Source: a virus
Taxonomy: Duplodnaviria > Caudoviricetes
Reading direction: 5' to 3' (one strand)
Virus record (IMG/VR): IMGVR_UViG_3300037067_013742
Span: 96,001-160,000 of that record
Length of the DNA: 64,000 nucleotides
Part shown: positions 58,878-64,000 of the stretch, in pieces
Position numbering within the stretch: the stretch's first letter is position 1
Layout: every line of letters begins with the position of its first letter
Position numbers and translations under genes: made by a program
Notes under the pieces: generated by a model
Databases searched by the model: none
What the model was told of the DNA's origin: nothing
The model's input: the letters and a program-made list of their open reading frames with translations, nothing else

Positions 58878-59855
58878 AATCAAATAGCTATTGTTAGCGG
58901 CTTAACGGGGATGGATGGCAGCTATCTTGCCGATCTTCTTATTGAAAAAGGATATAAGGTCTATGGGATCGTAAGACGGTCGTCTCGTGGGAACGACCTC
59001 GGCTGTTCTAAACACTTGGCAAATAATCCCAATCTTGAAGTTGTAGAAGGCGATATCACCGATCTCTCTTCCTTAGCTCGGATAGTTGCTCTAGTGCATC
59101 CAGCTCTCTATTTTAATTGCGCGGCGCAATCTCACGTCCAAATCTCTTTTAACGAGCCCGTACATACGGCAATGGCTACTGGGATTGGGTGTCTTAATGG
59201 ACTAGAAGCTATTAGGCTTTCTGGCGTCCATACAAGATTCTTACAATGCTCATCATCTGAACTTTATGGTGGCGTCTCTCCGGAGCCAGCAAACGAGGAG
59301 ACTCCATTTCATCCGAGAAGTCCTTATGCTTGCGCAAAACTCTTTGCCCATTCTTCTGTAGTTCTATACCGAGAGGCCTATAACTTTTTCGCCTGTACTA
59401 CCATATGCTTTAATCATGAGGGTCCTCGACGTGGGCCTGCGTTCGTAACACGAAAGATTACTTTAGCCGTAGCCAGGATCAAACATGGCTTTCAGAAGGA
59501 GCTCTTCTTAGGAAATCTAGATGCTAAGCGTGACTGGGGCTCTTCGAAAGACTATACAGAGGGAATGTATTTAGCCCTTACTTATAAAGAGCCGACAGAC
59601 TTTGTTTTGGCGACTGGAGAGACTCATTCTGTTCGGGAGTTTTGTGAGGCTGCTTTCTCTCATGTTGGACTAGACTACAAAGATTACGTAAAGGTAGATC
59701 CAAAGTTCTATCGTCCGGCAGAAGTAAACGTTCTTCTCGGAGATGCTTCTAAAGCTAAGAAGCTACTTGGCTGGGAACCAAAGACTAAATTTGCTGAGCT
59801 TGCTAGAGAGATGGTAGATAATGATATGCAGTTGGTTGGCGAAAATAAGATCTAA
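58875..59855 (+). CDS. gmd: GDP-mannose 4,6-dehydratase
   Basis: GLTGMDGSYLA, AAQSHVQISF, SSSELYG, PRSPYACAK, FNHEGPRRG and LGNLDAKRDWG. Confidence 0.95.
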   Translation: MNQIAIVSGLTGMDGSYLADLLIEKGYKVYGIVRRSSRGNDLGCSKHLANNPNLEVVEGDITDLSSLARIVALVHPALYFNCAAQSHVQISFNEPVHTAMATGIGCLNGLEAIRLSGVHTRFLQCSSSELYGGVSPEPANEETPFHPRSPYACAKLFAHSSVVLYREAYNFFACTTICFNHEGPRRGPAFVTRKITLAVARIKHGFQKELFLGNLDAKRDWGSSKDYTEGMYLALTYKEPTDFVLATGETHSVREFCEAAFSHVGLDYKDYVKVDPKFYRPAEVNVLLGDASKAKKLLGWEPKTKFAELAREMVDNDMQLVGENKI

Positions 59856-60076
59856 AGTAGCTGATCGTACATTTCTTGTAGCTGAGTAATCTGAGATTCT
59901 AACGTATCCATCCTAGTAATTAAGGCTGCTCTATTCTGCTGGTTGACTATGGTTAGCCTATTCATCTGTTCTTTGTTAATGGCATTCCTTAAAAGCTGAA
60001 GAATAGAGGTCATTGCCCTCTCTATCTTTAAGAGTCTAAGCTCAGTATTTGCAGTGAAGGTAGGATCGATTGCCAC
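59852..60076 (-). CDS. Small coiled-coil protein
   Basis: Heptad pattern LITRMDTLESQITQLQEMYDQL; coupled to the upstream - strand gene. Confidence 0.55.
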   Translation of the reverse strand: MAIDPTFTANTELRLLKIERAMTSILQLLRNAINKEQMNRLTIVNQQNRAALITRMDTLESQITQLQEMYDQLL

Positions 60077-60459
60077 TACTTGTCCTCTTCTTCGTCATCG
60101 TTTACTTCGTGGCCACTAATAGCTTCCGCTACCTTGTCTGCCGTCCTTCTTGCCGACGCCATCTCGGCAAGTTCTGCTCTCTGTATACTTCGGTCTACAA
60201 CCTTACTTCTATTAACGATATAGAGAGCTGAGAAGATCGACATCACCGCTACTGCTGCACCAATATTGAATTCTGGCACTAGCCACCACCCTAGTAGTGT
60301 GACCCCCACAAAGAGTCCTTGGAATATCCACATAGCCAGGAGTGTTAGACTAAATAAAGATAAGAAAATTGAAGTTTTAGAGAGCTTCCCATCCTTATAG
60401 AAGAAGGCGTTCCATAGGTTCTTAAACTTTTCCTTAAGCCATCTTATAAAGTTTTTCAT
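60076..60459 (-). CDS. Membrane protein, holin candidate
   Basis: Basic amphipathic N-terminus, 2-3 hydrophobic helices, charged acidic C-tail. Confidence 0.5.
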   Translation of the reverse strand: MKNFIRWLKEKFKNLWNAFFYKDGKLSKTSIFLSLFSLTLLAMWIFQGLFVGVTLLGWWLVPEFNIGAAVAVMSIFSALYIVNRSKVVDRSIQRAELAEMASARRTADKVAEAISGHEVNDDEEEDK

Positions 60460-60899
60460 CTAGACTTCTCCGTTATAGAATACCTATCGTCTGAAGCATT
60501 GGCTATAGAGCTTGAGTTACTACAAGAGTTGACAGTACCTACTGCTGCTGTGATGAAGGCAATTATGGTTGCCGAGAAGATAGCTTTCATCATCCAGTCT
60601 TGAGTTTTTACTTTAGCTATAGTCTCTTTGACTGCGATGTTTGGGCAATAGGTTGCCGATTCTTCATATCTTTCTCTCATAGAATCTACAACTGCTTTTG
60701 CGGCTGCTACGGTCTCGGCACTTTTGAGGCGACTGTCATTAAACTCATGATATCTATCGTCTTCAGTAGATATCATCCCGTCTACTTTTTTAGATAGTTG
60801 CTCTACTAAGGTATGCGTCCTTATTTGAGACTCAGATAGAAAGATCATCTTTTGGTGGAGTTCTAGGATCAAATCTTCTTGAGACATCATTAAACCCAA
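60456..60899 (-). CDS. Coiled-coil protein with a C-terminal TM helix (XhlA-like/lysis accessory candidate)
   Basis: Coiled coil followed by AIFSATIIAFITAAVG; GGGGAG RBS, so the start may be ATG 60890. Confidence 0.45.
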   Translation of the reverse strand: MGLMMSQEDLILELHQKMIFLSESQIRTHTLVEQLSKKVDGMISTEDDRYHEFNDSRLKSAETVAAAKAVVDSMRERYEESATYCPNIAVKETIAKVKTQDWMMKAIFSATIIAFITAAVGTVNSCSNSSSIANASDDRYSITEKSR

Positions 60900-60901
60900 T
60901 A

Positions 60902-60926
60902 CTCCCCCAAGGGAAAGTATAGCCTA
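60902..60926 (-). promoter_or_regulatory. Candidate -10 element (TAGGC-TATACT) followed by RBS
   Basis: The - strand reads TAGGCTATACTTTCCCTTGGGGGAG, resembling 41486-41508. Confidence 0.45.
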
Positions 60927-60955
60927 AGTTTATTCAGGGGGATAGGGTTTATCTA

Positions 60956-61477
60956 CTAGAAGTTTGTTCTCCAGCGAACCCAAATCTTTATGGGGACTAT
61001 TAGATTATTAAAATCTTCTGTTGTTTCGTAGACATACATTGAAAGGGAGGGTAGTACTCTTTCGCCGCCGGCAGTGGTTCCTCCTACGTTGTGCAGCTCA
61101 ATACGGAAGCCTTCCATATTTGGCCGGTGGTCAAACTCTTCAGATAGGAGAGTGGCCTTCTCCTCAAAAGTAGTTCTAAAAGCTTCTGGGCTTTGTATGA
61201 AGATAGGAACTTCCTTAAATGGAGCGTCTGGCTTGATGTCCCAGATATGAGCCGATGGTCTGTACTTAAGGAGATTCTTTATTGCAGTTCTAAAGATCTC
61301 TTGCGACATCCTCTCGTATTCATTTTCTTCGCGGGTTCTAAACCCAACCTCTGAGAGGAAGTGGTCAAGAACCTCTTCCTTAAATGGAGACTGGTTGGTA
61401 GCTATCTTTAGTAGCTCTTCCTGTGAACCAACTAGCCGGCCTCTAGCACTAGAGGCTATCTTTTGCATCTGACTCAT
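60956..61477 (-). CDS. Hypothetical protein
   Basis: AAGGAG RBS; overlaps the upstream gene. Confidence 0.55.
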   Translation of the reverse strand: MSQMQKIASSARGRLVGSQEELLKIATNQSPFKEEVLDHFLSEVGFRTREENEYERMSQEIFRTAIKNLLKYRPSAHIWDIKPDAPFKEVPIFIQSPEAFRTTFEEKATLLSEEFDHRPNMEGFRIELHNVGGTTAGGERVLPSLSMYVYETTEDFNNLIVPIKIWVRWRTNF

Positions 61478-61991
61478 TCCGTAACTCCTTTAAGTAGTAG
61501 TACCTATTTTGTCTTTTCAAACCTAGATCTGAACATATTATAGCAACTTTTCTTTTTGTTGCCTCTATACCTTCGAATTCAGTAAGGTTCTTTGGAATGG
61601 CAGATCTCTCACATGGTTCTATTGAGTGAATGGCTCTATAGGTTACTAACTTTGAACAGTGATAAGGGATTTTCCATGAGAGCCAATTGACTAGATCGGT
61701 TCCTTTTCCCGGCCGAAATTCAGCAAAGCTTTCTATTATAGAGAGGTTTAAAATTGAGGTAAGGTCTTCTGATTCTGTAAGTCTGATAATCTCGGAGGCG
61801 ACTATTTCCTTAAAGAATCTGGGGGCATAGGACCCGCCTTGTTTTCTTAATAAGTAAGAGGCTACTTGTCTCATGAACGGGCTCTGGGGTTTGGCGACTA
61901 GGGTTATCCAAGGGGAGAGGATAGATAGAATCTCTTCAAGGTTGTTTGTTCTGTAAAGTTGGCGCACAAACTTCCTTGGAAAGATTTTCAT
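61449..61991 (-). CDS. Candidate divergent phage sigma factor
   Basis: LSIIESFAEFRPGKGTDLVNWLSWKI resembles sigma region 2.3-2.4; IICSDLGLKRQNRYYYLKEL resembles the region-4 HTH. Confidence 0.45.
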   Translation of the reverse strand: MKIFPRKFVRQLYRTNNLEEILSILSPWITLVAKPQSPFMRQVASYLLRKQGGSYAPRFFKEIVASEIIRLTESEDLTSILNLSIIESFAEFRPGKGTDLVNWLSWKIPYHCSKLVTYRAIHSIEPCERSAIPKNLTEFEGIEATKRKVAIICSDLGLKRQNRYYYLKELRNESDAKDSL

Positions 61992-62079
61992 AGTAGGAAT
62001 GTAGTAGTCATAAGCACTAGCATCCAGGTTAGGGCGTCTATAAATCCCGACCAGAATAAGTAAACATTAAAGAGAATGT

Positions 62080-62664
62080 CTACTCCCAAGCCGTAATCTT
62101 TTGCTTCCATTTATCCTTTATCTCCTCAAGGAGGGTAATCGGAATTCCCATTGATTCATAAAAGGCCTTAGCCTTCTTATTACTTTTAGATATTACGGCT
62201 CTAAGTCTTTTGAACTCCTCAGGATAATGAAACTTGAACCTTTTCATCTTTGATCTATCTTCTGATCTTAGATATCCTTTTATCTCCCAGAAGATATCGG
62301 TTCCAACCTCTTGGAAGTCTGGAATATACAGAAAGGGTTTCTTCCTGTAAGGCTCACCGTTCTTTGCAACTTTGAAAGTAAAGACTCGTTCTTCGTACTT
62401 CCACTCTTTGCCTATTGCACATAGGTATCGAGCAAAGTTTCTCTCCCATCCAGACCTAAAAGTAATTGTGTTATAGGGGGATGGGAGGTCAGGAGCATTA
62501 CCCTTTTTGGTACGGGCAAACGCCTCTGCAGCTGTCTTTATTGGCTTTGCCTTGGGTTTACCCGAACAAGTAGAGCATGCTTCTATGACTGATATAGCCG
62601 GGTCTAAACCTACATCTTTTCCGCATTTAGAACATTTGACGTGGAGTAGTTTCTTCTTAGCCAT
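62080..62664 (-). CDS. Zn-ribbon + PD-(D/E)XK endonuclease (T7 endonuclease I-like)
   Basis: CSKC...CSTC; FRSGWE, YIPDF and WEIKGY. Confidence 0.8.
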   Translation of the reverse strand: MAKKKLLHVKCSKCGKDVGLDPAISVIEACSTCSGKPKAKPIKTAAEAFARTKKGNAPDLPSPYNTITFRSGWERNFARYLCAIGKEWKYEERVFTFKVAKNGEPYRKKPFLYIPDFQEVGTDIFWEIKGYLRSEDRSKMKRFKFHYPEEFKRLRAVISKSNKKAKAFYESMGIPITLLEEIKDKWKQKITAWE

Positions 62665-62678
62665 GTAAGGCTAATCTA

Positions 62679-63065
62679 TCATATTTGTTTACTTGCTCTG
62701 CGAGGGGTAATTACTTTGATAGCTCTGATGGAGTTGTCTATTCTGATACAGCCCTTTAGCTCATCTAAGAACTCAGATGGCTCACAGTTGCTAATGCTTT
62801 TGTCTGATAGAACAAGAAAGGTTGGATTTTCTACCTTACGTAGAAAGTGTGATTGAATCTTTTTTATTACTTGAATCGCCATCTCTTCTGTTACTACATA
62901 AAGATCTGGGGTAGGCGATCCATCATACTGAATGGAAAGGAATGCTTTTCCATTTAGGGTGTCTATATAACTCTCTTCCTCTGACTCATCCTGTTCTTGC
63001 TCCTCTACGTCTTTTGGTTCCAGCTGGAGCTTTAACTGTCTTAGGATTTCTCGTCGGCCCATCAA
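62679..63065 (-). CDS. Hypothetical protein with an acidic patch
   Basis: ORF within the coupled - strand operon; EEQEQDESEEE tract. Confidence 0.5.
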   Translation of the reverse strand: MMGRREILRQLKLQLEPKDVEEQEQDESEEESYIDTLNGKAFLSIQYDGSPTPDLYVVTEEMAIQVIKKIQSHFLRKVENPTFLVLSDKSISNCEPSEFLDELKGCIRIDNSIRAIKVITPRRASKQI

Positions 63066-63066
63066 A

Positions 63067-63465
63067 CTACCTGTCCTTCATTTCTGAAATAGATTTTAAG
63101 ACTTTTGATTTTAGTAAGATGATAGCTTCCTCGTCCGACCTAGGAAGCTCATTATGCCACACAATTAGGTAGCCCCATCCGTTTTCTCTCGCTACCTCTT
63201 CTTTCAATCGGTCCCTTCTCTTTTGATTAGCAAATCTAGAGGAGGCGTCTAGAATACTTCCTCCAAAAGTAACCGGCTTACCGTGTTGTTGGCCGTGACA
63301 CTCTACGATTAGTTTAAACATAGGAACTACAAAGTCGTAGTGATGGTCGTGTGGCCCATAGCTTGGGAATAGTTTTCTTACGTTTACTTCTTCTTTTATT
63401 GGGGTGAGAGAAAGGATTTCTTTTAGAAGGTTCTTTATACGATCTGAAAAGTCTGACATTAGCAA
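63067..63465 (-). CDS. Vsr/DUF559-like PD-(D/E)XK endonuclease
   Basis: HYDFVVPMFKLIVECHGQQH...QKRRDRLKEEVARENGWGYLIVW. Confidence 0.8.
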   Translation of the reverse strand: MLMSDFSDRIKNLLKEILSLTPIKEEVNVRKLFPSYGPHDHHYDFVVPMFKLIVECHGQQHGKPVTFGGSILDASSRFANQKRRDRLKEEVARENGWGYLIVWHNELPRSDEEAIILLKSKVLKSISEMKDR

Positions 63466-63998
63466 TCTACTTTACAGTTATTACAGTGTTCGCAAATTGT
63501 TGGAATTGATATCTTTCTTCTGGCTATATTACATAACTGCATTATAGCCATTTCGTTTCCAGCTTCTGCTCCAGTACTGGCGATCATTGCGTAGCCTGGA
63601 GATAGTCCCCTCATTGTTGCTTTATAGACTACTAGGAAGAATGGGCGGTTCTGTGCGGCTCGTACTTTCTTCTGGATGAGTAAATGTTCTGCGGCGGGGA
63701 GGATACTACGTCTAATATCCTTCGGCTGTATGGATGTATATATCCAAGTTTCTATTCTATCTGGATGAACTATCACAAAGTCTCCAGAAGAGAATATTTC
63801 TATGGATGAATCTATTGAGGAGGTAAGCTCTGCTGTAGAGAAGATTTCTACATTTTCCTTTGGTAGGTGTCGGTAGAGTTTTCTCGCGGCAAGAATCCCC
63901 TTGATCGAGAGATCCATGTTCTCTCTATTAACTTCTCTTCCGGCCCAAAAGATACTATCCCAGTAGTTAGCTATACTAGAAAAGTCCCACCCCTCTTG
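63459..63998 (-). CDS. 5'-truncated protein with a C-terminal Cys cluster (degenerate Cas4/RecB-like fold possible)
   Basis: The frame stays open past ATG 63917 to the window edge (QEGWDFSSIANYWDSIFW...); C-terminal CEHCNNCKVDC. Confidence 0.4.
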   Translation of the reverse strand, partial: QEGWDFSSIANYWDSIFWAGREVNRENMDLSIKGILAARKLYRHLPKENVEIFSTAELTSSIDSSIEIFSSGDFVIVHPDRIETWIYTSIQPKDIRRSILPAAEHLLIQKKVRAAQNRPFFLVVYKATMRGLSPGYAMIASTGAEAGNEMAIMQLCNIARRKISIPTICEHCNNCKVDC

Positions 63999-64000
63999 TT

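Noticed and set aside
41955-59855. Ordinary bacterial LPS/O-antigen locus adjacent to a prophage
   Set aside because: It shares the CTAG-rich style of the phage genes, carries phage-type homing elements, lacks wzx/wzy/wzm/wzt, and is followed by more phage-like genes. No att site or integrase was seen.
40-63172. Many short antisense or alternate-frame ORFs in the ORF track (e.g. 9149-9583, 32164-32628, 46470-46952, 39455-39820)
   Set aside because: They lie inside long, motif-bearing, translationally coupled genes and have no recognisable motifs. They are best explained as shadows of codon bias.
1-64000. Stop-codon reassignment, suggested by abundant TAG-containing words
   Set aside because: The standard code already gives near-complete coding density, and TAG, TGA and TAA all end genes directly before the next start.
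1-64000. CRISPR array, tRNA/rRNA, integrase or IS transposase
   Set aside because: No regularly spaced repeats or recognisable motifs were seen, and intergenic gaps are mostly under 110 nt. This was checked by eye only.

Overview
This window looks like part of a large (jumbo-type) tailed dsDNA phage genome with a contractile-tail baseplate. It is densely coding in the standard genetic code, with many translationally coupled genes. I saw no rRNA, tRNA or CRISPR array. (1) 1-41.9 kb, + strand: virion/tail module. It starts with a 5'-truncated giant tape-measure-region protein carrying a LAGLIDADG intein. Next come a 1577-aa protein with motifs of a single-chain two-barrel RNA polymerase (RNP...DMDGD plus beta-like segments) and an SGNH-hydrolase + thermonuclease fusion. 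These are followed by hub, gp25-like and baseplate-J-like genes, Ig/FN3 proteins, two sets of paralogous fibre/baseplate proteins and a compositionally foreign receptor-binding candidate. (2) 41.9-59.9 kb, + strand: an ~18-kb glycan biosynthesis/decoration cluster. It encodes six glycosyltransferase-like proteins (one with an intein), RmlB-like and Gmd dehydratases, a DegT aminotransferase, four methyltransferase-like proteins, a radical SAM/SPASM enzyme, an ATP-grasp-HAD fusion, a sulfotransferase-like protein and a free-standing HNH endonuclease. It has no export or membrane genes. (3) 59.9-64 kb, - strand: small membrane/lysis-like genes, a candidate phage sigma factor and PD-(D/E)XK nucleases. 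The leading hypotheses are a virion-packaged, injected RNA polymerase and a self-contained cytoplasmic virion (or DNA) glycosylation system. All assignments come from reading motifs by eye; no database search was run.
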